Source: an uncultured Verrucomicrobiae bacterium (lineage in GTDB: Bacteria > Verrucomicrobiota > Verrucomicrobiia > Chthoniobacterales > Chthoniobacteraceae). From it: a stretch of 64,000 nucleotides of DNA. Location of the stretch: NCBI GenBank assembly GCA_963828525.1, contig CAWHEP010000010.1, positions 64,001 to 128,000 of the forward strand, given 5' to 3'. Both the position numbers and the translations under genes were made by a program. This document shows positions 50,300 through 59,676 of this stretch, one piece after another. The notes beneath the pieces were generated by a model. It had not been told where the DNA came from and searched no databases. It was given only the letters and a program-made list of their open reading frames with translations. The stretch's first letter is position 1, and the number at the start of each line of letters is the position of its first letter.

Positions 50300-51037
50300 C
50301 TAGGTGGACTCTCCGCCCATCACTTTTGCCGGCGTCGCCGCCACCGACGCGCCAGTATCAAGCGATATGCCCGCCCTGGCCGCGAATTCCGCCAAAGCCT
50401 GATCTCCAAGAGCCTTTTGTTCACCCTCTTTCAGCAGGACATCGCTCATGTCTGTCGAACTCTGCGCGACCCGCATCCGGCCTGCAGCTGTCGTTGTCTC
50501 CTCCTTCACCATATCCTCCAGCCGCCCAAGATTGTCTCCCGCGCCTCCTATCGTGATGATCATCTTGGATGCCATCTCCATCAGCGCCGCCTGTGCCCGC
50601 TTGTTCTTCATCTCCGCGATGCCGTATTTGATCCTGTCGATCCGGCCTTTCGCCGCCTTCAAGGACACGTCTCGCGACCGGACAAGGTTCCCATAGTTTT
50701 GCTCTGCCTGGGTCAATTGCTCCGTGTTGGTCGCGAGTTGCCCCTGCACTCCCTGGAGACGCAGCGCGTATTGCGCCGCCGCCTCTTTGTTGCCCGCCCG
50801 GAGGTGCGCCGTGATCTTTGCCGTAAGCTCCTTCGCCTCCGCGTCAAGATCCTTCATCTGTGACTTCAGGCTTTCACACAGTCCTGCCGCTGGGATGAGA
50901 CTCTGGTTGAACGCGGCCTCTCCCGCTCGGAGATGTTCCTGTTCAGCTTCGAGCAGGGCTTCCGGGTTCTTCCGCTCGATCCCCGAGATGAATCTGCTGA
51001 TGAAGCCGGTGAACAGGGTGCCGATTCTTTTGAACAT
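50300..51037 (-). CDS. PspA/IM30 (Vipp1, ESCRT-III superfamily) protein
   Basis: N-terminal amphipathic helix MFKRIGTLFTGFISRFI, conserved NPE turn, long coiled-coil hairpin with AGNKEAAAQYA, C-terminal helix and tail. Confidence 0.85.
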   Translation of the reverse strand: MFKRIGTLFTGFISRFISGIERKNPEALLEAEQEHLRAGEAAFNQSLIPAAGLCESLKSQMKDLDAEAKELTAKITAHLRAGNKEAAAQYALRLQGVQGQLATNTEQLTQAEQNYGNLVRSRDVSLKAAKGRIDRIKYGIAEMKNKRAQAALMEMASKMIITIGGAGDNLGRLEDMVKEETTTAAGRMRVAQSSTDMSDVLLKEGEQKALGDQALAEFAARAGISLDTGASVAATPAKVMGGEST

Positions 51038-51205
51038 AGGGAAAGGCTGCGGTGGTTGACTCTTGTTCCAAACTATCGGGGCAAACTCCTCGTGACGAGC
51101 AAATCCGCAAAGCGCATTCGCGAGGCGCTGCGACCGCATCAGAACGATCTCGGAATGAGTCCAGATTGTGAAGAATCACCGATTCAGGCTCTGGAGACGA
51201 ACATC

Positions 51206-51328
51206 ATGAAAATCGACATCGAAAAATTCCGAGAAAAGGGCGGCGGTGGAAGCTACCTGATCTTTTGGCTCCTTGGCGTCCCGTTTCCAATCTTGGCGCT
51301 AATCTTCTTGTTGCGCGGCTGCAGCTAG
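51206..51328 (+). CDS. 40-aa single-TM small protein
   Basis: GGAG RBS at 51193-51196, ATG at 51206, MKIDIEKFREKGGGGSYLIFWLLGVPFPILALIFLLRGCS. Confidence 0.65.
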   Translation: MKIDIEKFREKGGGGSYLIFWLLGVPFPILALIFLLRGCS

Positions 51329-51353
51329 ACCGGCGACTCTGCTTCGATCTTCT

Positions 51354-53150
51354 TTAATGGTGCCCGTTGTGCCGGGACAACCACAGGAAAAACAGGAAGA
51401 TGAGGATCGGAACAAGCGCTGACGTTATCACGAGCCGTGAACCGCGCCATCGCGTCTCCCATGGCTTGGGCTCCTTCAAATCCTTGGCTCGTCCTGTTAC
51501 TTTTACCGACGCAGGGTCATCGAGCTCCGCCTTCATCTGTTGCACAGACTGGAACCTTGCGTCAGGGTCACGCGCCATCGCGTGCAGGATAGTCTCTTCA
51601 AGTTGAGGAGTTATTGCCGCGTTCAACTTCCGAGGCGCCGTCGGATCTCCCGTCAGACGGGCGTTCATGATGAGAAAGGGATTCTGTCCTTCGAAGGGGG
51701 CCGAACCCGTGACCATCTCGTAGAGCATCGCGCCGAGGCTGTAGATATCCGTGCGCTCGTCACCACGTCTTCCTTTCACCTGCTCGGGAGCCATATAGTC
51801 CGGCGTTCCCATCGTAGGCGAGAATCCCGCGAACGTTAGCTGCCTGAGCTCCCCCGCTTTCGCGATTCCAAAGTCGATGATGCGGGCGTTGCCGTCGTCA
51901 CACACCATGATGTTCTGCGGCTTCAGATCCCGATGGATGATCTTCCGCCCATGCATGTGAGCCAGCGCGTCGCAAATTTGGCTGGCGATCCTCAGCGCGT
52001 CCGGTATCGGCAGTGGCCGCACCCGGCTGAGCGTATCACTTAAAGTACAACCGCTCAGATATTCCGTGACGATGTAGGGGCGGCTTTTCGTCCCCTCGCA
52101 CTGGATGAAACGCAAGATGTACGGATGCTTCAATGTCCTGCCGATCTCCTCCTCCCGCTCGAAGCGGGTGAAAAACGCCGCGTTCATCTCGCGTTGCACG
52201 AACGGCACCTTGACCGCCACCTGCTCGCCGTTGCGCAGATCCTTCGCGCGAAAAATCGACGCCATGCCGCTCCGGCTTAGCACCTGCTCGATGAGGAATC
52301 GTTCGTCCAGAACATCCCCTTCTTTCACCTCCTTCACTGGCGCCGCTTCCGCTGCCTCCTTGGCCGACAAGAACGACAACCCCTTCCCCGCGCCGGGGCT
52401 TACCACATGGTTCACTTGCACAACCTGCGCCGACAGGTTGTCATTTGCCGCGCGGCGCTCCGCGAGTGAGATCAGGTAAGGACAGATTTCCTCCATCGGC
52501 AGCCGATCCACTCCCTCCAGGATTTCCGCGTCGCTCAGAAAGCAATACAGCCCATCGCAACATTGGAGGAACCGGTCTCGGGGACGCACATCCAGCGCCT
52601 TGTAGTCGAACTGAAGGATCGGCTCCGTGCCAACGCTCTTCGTCAACATCGACCTCAGGTTGCTCGCCCGCGCTTCATCCTCGGAAATCAAGCGGAGCTT
52701 CACCTGCAAACCCGTGTACGAATGGTCCGACGTGAGCTTTTTGATTTCCTCATGCCTCACCATGTAAACACGGCAGTCGCCAACATGCCCGATATGCACC
52801 TTCTTCTCCCGGAAGATGCAGACCGTAAGCGTCGTCGCCATCTTGCTTCCAAGCTGGTTGGCGATCGTCGAGTCGTATAAGGCGATGTTCGCCGAGTCGA
52901 AAATGAGCTTCAGGATCGCTTTCGCGGGAATTTCGGGGTCGCACGCCTTGAACTTGTCCAACGCGATCTCCACCGCCATCCGGCTCGCGATCTCTCCGTT
53001 GCCATGTCCGCCCACGCCATCCGCAAGGATCGCGATGCTTCCGCGGCACTCCTTTTCCTCGGGATCCTCCGGCTCCCAGAATCCGAGGTAATCCTCGTTC
53101 TTCTTGCGAAGGGGGCCGGGGGTGGTCAGGGAAACGTGGCTGACTTCCAT
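51354..53150 (-). CDS. PP2C phosphatase fused to a Hanks-type Ser/Thr kinase, with C-terminal TM
   Basis: PP2C: NED, LADGVGG, HVGDCR, CCDGL, DNLS. Kinase: SGMASIF, AVK, HRDLKPQN, IDFG, GTPDYMAPE, DIYSLG. Confidence 0.93.
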   Translation of the reverse strand: MEVSHVSLTTPGPLRKKNEDYLGFWEPEDPEEKECRGSIAILADGVGGHGNGEIASRMAVEIALDKFKACDPEIPAKAILKLIFDSANIALYDSTIANQLGSKMATTLTVCIFREKKVHIGHVGDCRVYMVRHEEIKKLTSDHSYTGLQVKLRLISEDEARASNLRSMLTKSVGTEPILQFDYKALDVRPRDRFLQCCDGLYCFLSDAEILEGVDRLPMEEICPYLISLAERRAANDNLSAQVVQVNHVVSPGAGKGLSFLSAKEAAEAAPVKEVKEGDVLDERFLIEQVLSRSGMASIFRAKDLRNGEQVAVKVPFVQREMNAAFFTRFEREEEIGRTLKHPYILRFIQCEGTKSRPYIVTEYLSGCTLSDTLSRVRPLPIPDALRIASQICDALAHMHGRKIIHRDLKPQNIMVCDDGNARIIDFGIAKAGELRQLTFAGFSPTMGTPDYMAPEQVKGRRGDERTDIYSLGAMLYEMVTGSAPFEGQNPFLIMNARLTGDPTAPRKLNAAITPQLEETILHAMARDPDARFQSVQQMKAELDDPASVKVTGRAKDLKEPKPWETRWRGSRLVITSALVPILIFLFFLWLSRHNGHH

Positions 53151-53218
53151 CCGTAACTACTTAAGTCCAGGTTTGATCAAGATTTTCGCTATTTGCGCCA
53201 TGCGCGACAGCGTCATCT

Positions 53219-53272
53219 AAAAAGAGGAAAACGGCCACACCTAAAACCCAAGATGTGGCCGTTACCCCTTTT
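53219..53272 (-). terminator. Intrinsic terminator downstream of the APC permease
   Basis: Stem AACGGCCACA (53229-53238) / TGTGGCCGTT (53253-53262) flanked by A and T runs. Confidence 0.65.
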
Positions 53273-53312
53273 CCTTGGTTCCGCCATCGGCGGAACCTAT
53301 GTCAGTTGTCGC

Positions 53313-55292
53313 CTATGCCATCTTTGCGGAGGCATCCAGGAAGATCGGCTTGTCCTTCTTCTTGCTGCCCATGACGAAGTAAACGACGCCGTAGAGACCC
53401 CAGAGCGCGGCGACTCCCAGTGCGATGTAGGGCTCTTTCCAGCTCATCCCGCTCACCGTGAATGGCCCGATTAGATAGAACAACATGCAGGCGAAGTTCG
53501 CCACCAAACCGAACACTGGGATGGCTACGTGCTTCAGCCCGTGGAAGGCGTCATGCTCGATGAATGCGACAATCGTGATGACGCACGTCACCATGTAGAG
53601 CAGGAACGTCCCGAAGTTGCTGATCAGGGTGATGATGACCAAGGTGTTTGGCATGGTCGCGTAGGCGGCTGGCGAGAAGATGCCAAAGCTATACCAGATA
53701 TTCTTGTATTTCGGGTCCAGCGCGGCAGGCGTGGTGCCGCCGAGGTAAACCGAGACAGTGATGATTCCCAGAACCATCGACAGCACAGCCAGCGTCCAAA
53801 TGGCGCGGTGCGGTGAACCCGTCTTGCCGTGGAGCAAGCCGAAGTGCGACCCGACCTCTTCGTCACGACCCATCGCGTATGTCACGCGAGCGCCCGTGCT
53901 AAGGCAGGAGAGCGTCGTGCCGATAAGCGCCAGGAACACCGTGAACGCCTGCACGAGCATGAAGGCCCGCCCCGCGGCGTAGCTGCCGAACAGCCAGGAG
54001 CCGACGAGGACCATCTGGTCTCCAATCGGAGCGCCGGAAGCCGCTGCCATTGGCATCGTGTAGCCGTTGTGCAGGAAGTAGTTCGCGGCAAAATACTCCA
54101 GGAAGTAGCAGAAGCAGCCCTGCACCGCCAGTGAGAGCAGCACGGCCCGAGGAACATCGCGCTTCGCGTCCTTGGCCTCTTCACCCATCGCGGTCACAGA
54201 CTCGAATCCTACGAGGATTAGAATCGCGATACACGCCTGGATGAACACCAGGTTGAAGCCATGAGGCGCGATGACCGATCCCGGTGAGGTGTGGAAGTTG
54301 AACGTCTGCGGGTCCTTGGCGTCTCCGGCTTTGCCAGTGACAGCTTCTTCATCCTTGTAACTTACTGTAAAGGGCACGGCGATAGCCTTGCCATCTTTGT
54401 CCAGCACCAACTTGCCCTTGTCATCCTTCTGCAGCACAGGATACGGGTCGCCCTCCGCCATTCCGGCAGGCAGCGGCGTGTCCTTGCTCGCGAGATCGTC
54501 TTTGGTTACGGCGCGATCCTGCTGCTTGAAGATCGGCTTTCCTTTGTCATCAACCTTTGGGGTGTTGTCGGCCCAGGCGTCTTGAACAGGCTGGTTTTTG
54601 TCATCCAGCACATTCGTGGAATCAACCTGGTATTGAATCGCTGTTCCGTTCGAAAGATGCCAGCCGAGAGAGTCTTGCTTGTGATTGATGCGGTACCCGA
54701 TCGCCATGCAGGAGAACACCAGCAGCGCGGTGATCTGGATCACGTTGATCGCGGTGTTTACCCCCGTCGTGCCGGAAACGCCACGGTAGGCGATGTAAGC
54801 CACGCCAAGCGCGAACACGACGCAGAACAAGATCATAAACAGCGGGCTGTTGTAGGTGCCGCTGAATGTGTCCGGGAAGAATTGGTTGAGCAGGTAACCG
54901 CTCAAAATAGCGGTCACACCCACCATGCAGCCCGGATACACCCAGTAGTAGAGATGGCTCGCCCATCCCGTGAAGAACTTCACGATCCGCGCGAACTTGA
55001 AGAATTTCGTCTTCGATTGGAATGCTTGTTCCGCGTAAAGATACGAAGAGCCCGCGCCGGGATAGATCTTCGAAAGTTCCGCATAGCTGTATGCGGTGGC
55101 AAAGCAGAGCAGCAGCGCGCCCAGGATGCCGAACCACATGGCTTGGCCGGCCATGGGAGCTCCGTAGAGAGATTGAATTTGGAAGGTCAGCCATAGGAAC
55201 GCTCCAGGCGCGATCAGCGCCATTGCGTTCATGGTTAACCCAGTGAGGCCGAGAGTTCCCCGGCTTGCTGGTGGTTGTGTTTCTTGAGGCAT
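53313..55292 (-). CDS. APC-family amino acid permease with a large soluble insertion
   Basis: MALIAPG (TM1), YAELSKIYPGAGSSY, LVGFES (TM6), EEAKDAKRDVPRA, ARVTYAMGRD; about 12 TMs. Confidence 0.9.
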   Translation of the reverse strand: MPQETQPPASRGTLGLTGLTMNAMALIAPGAFLWLTFQIQSLYGAPMAGQAMWFGILGALLLCFATAYSYAELSKIYPGAGSSYLYAEQAFQSKTKFFKFARIVKFFTGWASHLYYWVYPGCMVGVTAILSGYLLNQFFPDTFSGTYNSPLFMILFCVVFALGVAYIAYRGVSGTTGVNTAINVIQITALLVFSCMAIGYRINHKQDSLGWHLSNGTAIQYQVDSTNVLDDKNQPVQDAWADNTPKVDDKGKPIFKQQDRAVTKDDLASKDTPLPAGMAEGDPYPVLQKDDKGKLVLDKDGKAIAVPFTVSYKDEEAVTGKAGDAKDPQTFNFHTSPGSVIAPHGFNLVFIQACIAILILVGFESVTAMGEEAKDAKRDVPRAVLLSLAVQGCFCYFLEYFAANYFLHNGYTMPMAAASGAPIGDQMVLVGSWLFGSYAAGRAFMLVQAFTVFLALIGTTLSCLSTGARVTYAMGRDEEVGSHFGLLHGKTGSPHRAIWTLAVLSMVLGIITVSVYLGGTTPAALDPKYKNIWYSFGIFSPAAYATMPNTLVIITLISNFGTFLLYMVTCVITIVAFIEHDAFHGLKHVAIPVFGLVANFACMLFYLIGPFTVSGMSWKEPYIALGVAALWGLYGVVYFVMGSKKKDKPIFLDASAKMA

Positions 55293-55345
55293 AGTGGGTT
55301 TGTTTGGTTGGTTGCGGATTCTGATCCGATTGGATGCGCCCCATC

Positions 55346-55361
55346 AGCAATGCGCGTGCCA
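55346..55361 (-). promoter_or_regulatory. Sigma-54 (-24/-12) promoter of the APC permease
   Basis: Minus strand TGGCACG-CGCA-TTGCT matches the consensus TGGCACG-N4-TTGCW, 53 bp upstream of the ATG. Confidence 0.8.
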
Positions 55362-55389
55362 ACCACTAAACATTCTCACAATCCAGAAG

Positions 55390-55413
55390 GGATTCTCATT
55401 TTTATAAGAATCC
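55390..55413. promoter_or_regulatory. Palindromic operator-like site
   Basis: GGATTCTCAT-TTTT-ATAAGAATCC, a 10-4-10 inverted repeat with one mismatch, about 30 bp upstream of the -24 box. Confidence 0.5.
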
Positions 55414-55528
55414 TCCCCGTAATGGACGCCAGTACAAAAACCGCCACTCTGCTCACAAATCGCCACACCCTTGGGGGGCAGGAGCCGTCAAACTGCCTTC
55501 CCCAAGCCGCCGCCAAACCTCCTCCGTC

Positions 55529-56639
55529 TTAAAACGTCTTTATGAACTTCTTCAGGCTCTTCATATCCGGGCTCTTGGCGCTCCGCACGTAGTAACCGGA
55601 CGTAGCCACCCCGATCTTCAGGCTCGTTGCCAGGTCACCCCCCAGCAGCCGGCCCACGCAGAATCCCGCGTTGAAATGATCTCCCGCGCCCGTCGTGATC
55701 TTCGGCTTCGGCGTGAAGGGCCCTTGCGCGTGAGTCGCTCCAGTCAGATCCGCCGCCGCGGCATACTCTGTGGGATGGATCACCACAGTCTCAATCTTCA
55801 ACTTTTCCAGAATCCGGGCCGCGTGCTCGGTGACGCGACCAGCCTTTCCATCCGCCAGTTTCAGCCCCAGCACGTCTCCAATCTGCCGGCTCTCCTGCAA
55901 GTTCAACCCCAGGATCACCCTGAAATACTTCTGGAATTTCGACACGGTCTTAAGCAGTCGCGCGATGTCCTCGCGGGTCCGCTTTGCAGGATCCGCCAGA
56001 TCGAAAAATACCCAGCGCTTCTGTCCCATCAAGGATGGCGCGATCTCCGTCAGAACCTTATCCAGAATGCCGCCCATGAAAGGCAGCATCGTCCAGTTCA
56101 CAAGCGCGATCAGGGACGAGTCGGAGAACTTCGCCTTCAACTTATCCACAGGCAGGGCTCGTGTCAGCGCCTGCCAATTCACTTCCTTCAAACTTGAAAT
56201 CTTACCGCACATCAGCTTCCCGTCCTCGAACTCGATCGCGTCCGTGTATCCCGGCTCCGCCAGCGTATAGACGGTCGTCCGCTTCGCGAACTCCGCGAAA
56301 ATCGGGTGCAGATTGGGAAATCCTAGATTCCCTATATACGTCACCGGCGCGCCATAACTACAAAGCGCGTTGGCCATAATCGGCCCGTTCCCCCCCAGCT
56401 TCACCATCTGCGTCACAAACTCGAAGTTCGCGCTCAGCCCTGCGGCCGCTTTGATTTTCGCGGCAAACTCCGCCATCTTCCTTACTCGCGAAAACTTGGT
56501 GGCGGACTCCCGCTTATCCACCACATGCAGGATGGTATCGACGAAACCCGTCCAATCCAACCAGAGCCTGTTGGCGAGGCAGCAAATCTTCGCCGGACGC
56601 CAGAATATCAGAAATAACTTTTGCAGGGGAAGGGGTCAT
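55529..56639 (-). CDS. PfkB/ribokinase-family carbohydrate kinase, frameshift near 56545
   Basis: VGLDGF|VDTI, KLGGNGPIMANAL, FFDLADP and the anion-hole motif TTGAGDHFNAG. Confidence 0.85.
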
Positions 56640-56792
56640 GACAAAAGCGAAAACCCATTGCGCCCAAACGTCAATGTCTAACCACCTCCACCTAAAATCG
56701 ATCAACGTTCCCTCGCGAAGTCCCAAAAGGTTCTCCGCGCGCCTCCCACCTCCTCAATTTGCGAAAACCCCCATCTGAACTAAGCTGACTGG

Positions 56793-57767
56793 ATGTCCGC
56801 AGCCCAGGATACTGCCCCAGAACGTCGTCGGCTGGCGACTTCTCAAAGGCCCTGTTTGACTGGCTCAAAGCCGAACCTCTTCCGCCGCGCTGCTTGCCGC
56901 GAGCGCTCTCGTCCTCGCGTGGTTCTTCTGCTGTGTCCCGTTGTTCCACTACTCTTCGGAGACGGCTCTCACCTGGGGGTTGAAAGCCTGGTCCAGACGG
57001 AGCAAGCGCACGGCAAACTGGTCCCGCTGATTTCTCTATTCCTCCTCTGGCACATCGACAGGAAACTGCTGCTCGCGGCGCCCAAGAAGGGTTCCAACGC
57101 TGGTTTGCTTTTTATCCTTACGGGATAGCGCTATTCCTCCTCAGCGTCCGCTGCCTTGAGTGCCGCCTCGCCTTCTGTCCCTGCCCTTTCTCGCATACGG
57201 TTCAGTCCTGTTCCTACCTGGGCGGGGCGAGTGGCGCGGGTGTTTCGTGTCCCCTGCGCGCTTCTGCTATTCATGATTCCGTGGGCCGCTGCCGAGCAAG
57301 CTACTAATCGTCTCCAGTTCATCATCACGGATATAGTGGGGCGTCTGGCCAACATCGCCGGCATCAGCTACCCACGCCGTCGGGACCACTCTGCGGGCCG
57401 GGGATGGCAGCTTTAATTTCGAAATCGCCGATGGGTGCAGCGGCGTGCATTCAATTACTGCCATCACCCTTCTCACCGCCCTCTTCGTCCACCTGACGCA
57501 GAGCGCCTCTGTGGAAGAAGCTGTTCATCTTCGCCTCCTCCGCTGGGTTTCGCCATCCTCGGGAACATCGCCCGGATCTTCTCCATACTTATTGTCGCGA
57601 AGTTCTATGGGCAGCCGCCGCTGACTAACTGGCATGAGTATGCGGGCTATATTTCATTCCCCATGGCGCTGGGCGCCATGCTGGGGTTCAGCGCGCTGCT
57701 CAATCTCGATTACAAGAAACTTTTCTCCTCGGTGCCTCCTTCGAAAGGCGTCACCTATGATTACTAG
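56793..57767 (+). CDS. Exosortase-family protein (multiply frameshifted)
   Basis: Fragments HGKLVPLISLFLLW, FEIADGCSG (Cys), GNIARI (Arg), WHEYAG (His) match the exosortase triad; overlaps the epsI-like start. Confidence 0.82.
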
Positions 57768-58452
57768 ACGCGCCTCCATCCTCTTCTTGCTTTTGTGTTG
57801 CGGATTTGGCTCCACTTACCTGCTACCGCGCGTGTCTGCTTCAAGACCCAGTGGCATTGATCTAGCCCTCCCGGCGCTTGTAGGCGAGTGGTATGGCCAG
57901 CCCGCCGAGGTCTCGCCTAAAGAGCGCCTCCTCCTGGGCGCTGAGACCGAGTTCTCTCGAAAGCTTTATAGAAACAGCTCCGGCAGCCAGATCTTTGTCT
58001 CCGTTGTCCTGTCGGGCCAGGACATGAACACCAGCATTCACCGACCCGAAAACTGTTTGCCTTCCCAGGGTTTCACCATCGTTAGTTCTAAAACCGTCCC
58101 CATTCAGTTGGATCAGTCCAGGCGCCAAATCCTCACTACAACCCGGCTCAATGACTGTAGAAACCTCCGCTCTCCTGAGGGAATCGAGATGACCGTTTCC
58201 AGCCTGGACTACTACTGGTTTGTCGGCTGTCAGCAAACAACCGCGTCCCATCTGTCCCGGATGGCCATCGACATCAGGGACCGCTTTTTGAAGGGCTACA
58301 ATCAGAGATGGGCTTACGTTACTGTCGCTGCTTCCATCACAAAAGGCCTTACGCCCGACGGCATGTCAGAGCAGGAGACTGACGAAATGATCCAGGATTT
58401 CATCAGGCAACTGGTTCCCAAAATTCAGAAGCCCTCTGTCAGCATCGGCTAG
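57757..58452 (+). CDS. epsI: Exosortase-associated EpsI-family protein
   Basis: N-terminal anchor, LPALVGEWYG, SIHRPENCLPSQG, YYWFV; directly after the exosortase. Confidence 0.82.
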   Translation: MITRRASILFLLLCCGFGSTYLLPRVSASRPSGIDLALPALVGEWYGQPAEVSPKERLLLGAETEFSRKLYRNSSGSQIFVSVVLSGQDMNTSIHRPENCLPSQGFTIVSSKTVPIQLDQSRRQILTTTRLNDCRNLRSPEGIEMTVSSLDYYWFVGCQQTTASHLSRMAIDIRDRFLKGYNQRWAYVTVAASITKGLTPDGMSEQETDEMIQDFIRQLVPKIQKPSVSIG

Positions 58453-59564
58453 CCAGCCAAGGCCAGCCCGTTGTCCTTCCCCCGATAGTAGTCGATCAGT
58501 CGCGCCGCGTGATTCTTCCAGGAAAGCGCTTCCGCTTGCCTCAGGCCCTTCGCGATCAGCGCGCTCCTTAACTCAGCGTTCGTTAGCACATCGATGATCT
58601 TTTCCGCTGCTTCCTCGGGCGAACGCGGATCGAAATACAAGGCTGCTTCCCCGCCCACCTCAGGCAAACTGCTCGCATTGCTGCACGCCACCGGACACCC
58701 CGCTGCCATGGCCTCCAGCACGGGCAACCCGAACCCCTCCAGGAGCGAGGGAAACAGCAGAACGTCCGCTTGTTGATAGATCCCAGCCAACGGCTCGTCA
58801 CCTTCTCCAAATAACGAACCCAATTCGATGATCTGTCCGGTCGGCATCGCTTTCCGCAAGTCCGCCAGCAGCGGGCCCGGCAGCGGGTCGCCCACGCGCA
58901 CAAATAAAACATCCTTAATCCTCTTCCGCACATGGCGCATCACTTCCGGTACGATCTCCAGGTTTTTCCGGGAGCCCGCCGTCCCTATGCTGAGAATCCG
59001 TTTGTATCCCGGCCACTCCTCCAGTCTCGCAAACGTCGCCTCTGAGTGTCGCGCGAACGTAGCGTAATCCACACCAAGTGGCAGAACAGCGATTCGCTCC
59101 CCAGGTATGCCTAACAGATCGATCACATCTATTTTGCTATGAAGCGAATCCGTGAGGATCAGGTCAGCCGCCCGCGCGTGCCCGACCGTTTTCCTGAACC
59201 GCTTGACCTGCGCAAGGGTCAGGCCCCGCGCGTCGCGCAGCGGCGCCAAATCATGAACCGTGACTATCTTTCTTGGCAACCCTCGAGCGTTCTTGAGCAG
59301 ATGAGAGCAACTGTGGTCAAGAACGTGGACAACGTCTCTCCCCCGTTGCATCGCCGTCACCAGGGGGTAGGCGATATACTTGCTCCATGCTCTCGAGAAT
59401 CGTCCCGCGCGTCTTGAGGTTCGCGGGGCGGCGCCGAACGGACAGTCGATCTGCACAGAACTGTCGTCGAAACGGCCGAATTCACGCTCCAGCGCAGCCC
59501 AGTAGCGATCCATGCTCGTGCATCCTTCGCTCGGCGGGGCGGGCAACCAGAGGACGCTTTGCAC
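58449..59564 (-). CDS. GT4-family glycosyltransferase
   Basis: VTVHDL, RKNL, FPSLLEGFGLPVLEAMAAG, SSLPEV. Confidence 0.93.
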   Translation of the reverse strand: MQSVLWLPAPPSEGCTSMDRYWAALEREFGRFDDSSVQIDCPFGAAPRTSRRAGRFSRAWSKYIAYPLVTAMQRGRDVVHVLDHSCSHLLKNARGLPRKIVTVHDLAPLRDARGLTLAQVKRFRKTVGHARAADLILTDSLHSKIDVIDLLGIPGERIAVLPLGVDYATFARHSEATFARLEEWPGYKRILSIGTAGSRKNLEIVPEVMRHVRKRIKDVLFVRVGDPLPGPLLADLRKAMPTGQIIELGSLFGEGDEPLAGIYQQADVLLFPSLLEGFGLPVLEAMAAGCPVACSNASSLPEVGGEAALYFDPRSPEEAAEKIIDVLTNAELRSALIAKGLRQAEALSWKNHAARLIDYYRGKDNGLALAG

Positions 59565-59676
59565 TCCATTCCTTTATCATGACTGGCGCGGCACAGCGCA
59601 AGGTCAATTCATCCTGGCAATCCACGTCCATCTTCCTCTCGTTTATTCTCGAACTTCAAGCCTCCGCTTGATTCAT

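Noticed and set aside
51038..51205. Sigma-54 promoter for the pspA-like gene, as in enterobacteria
   Set aside because: No correctly spaced GG-N10-GC consensus element found on the minus strand, and no pspF nearby.
45848..53150. TerY-P-type defence triad (vWA, PP2C, kinase)
   Set aside because: The vWA protein is exported and membrane-anchored, lies several genes away, and an opposite-strand small gene separates the kinase from that operon.
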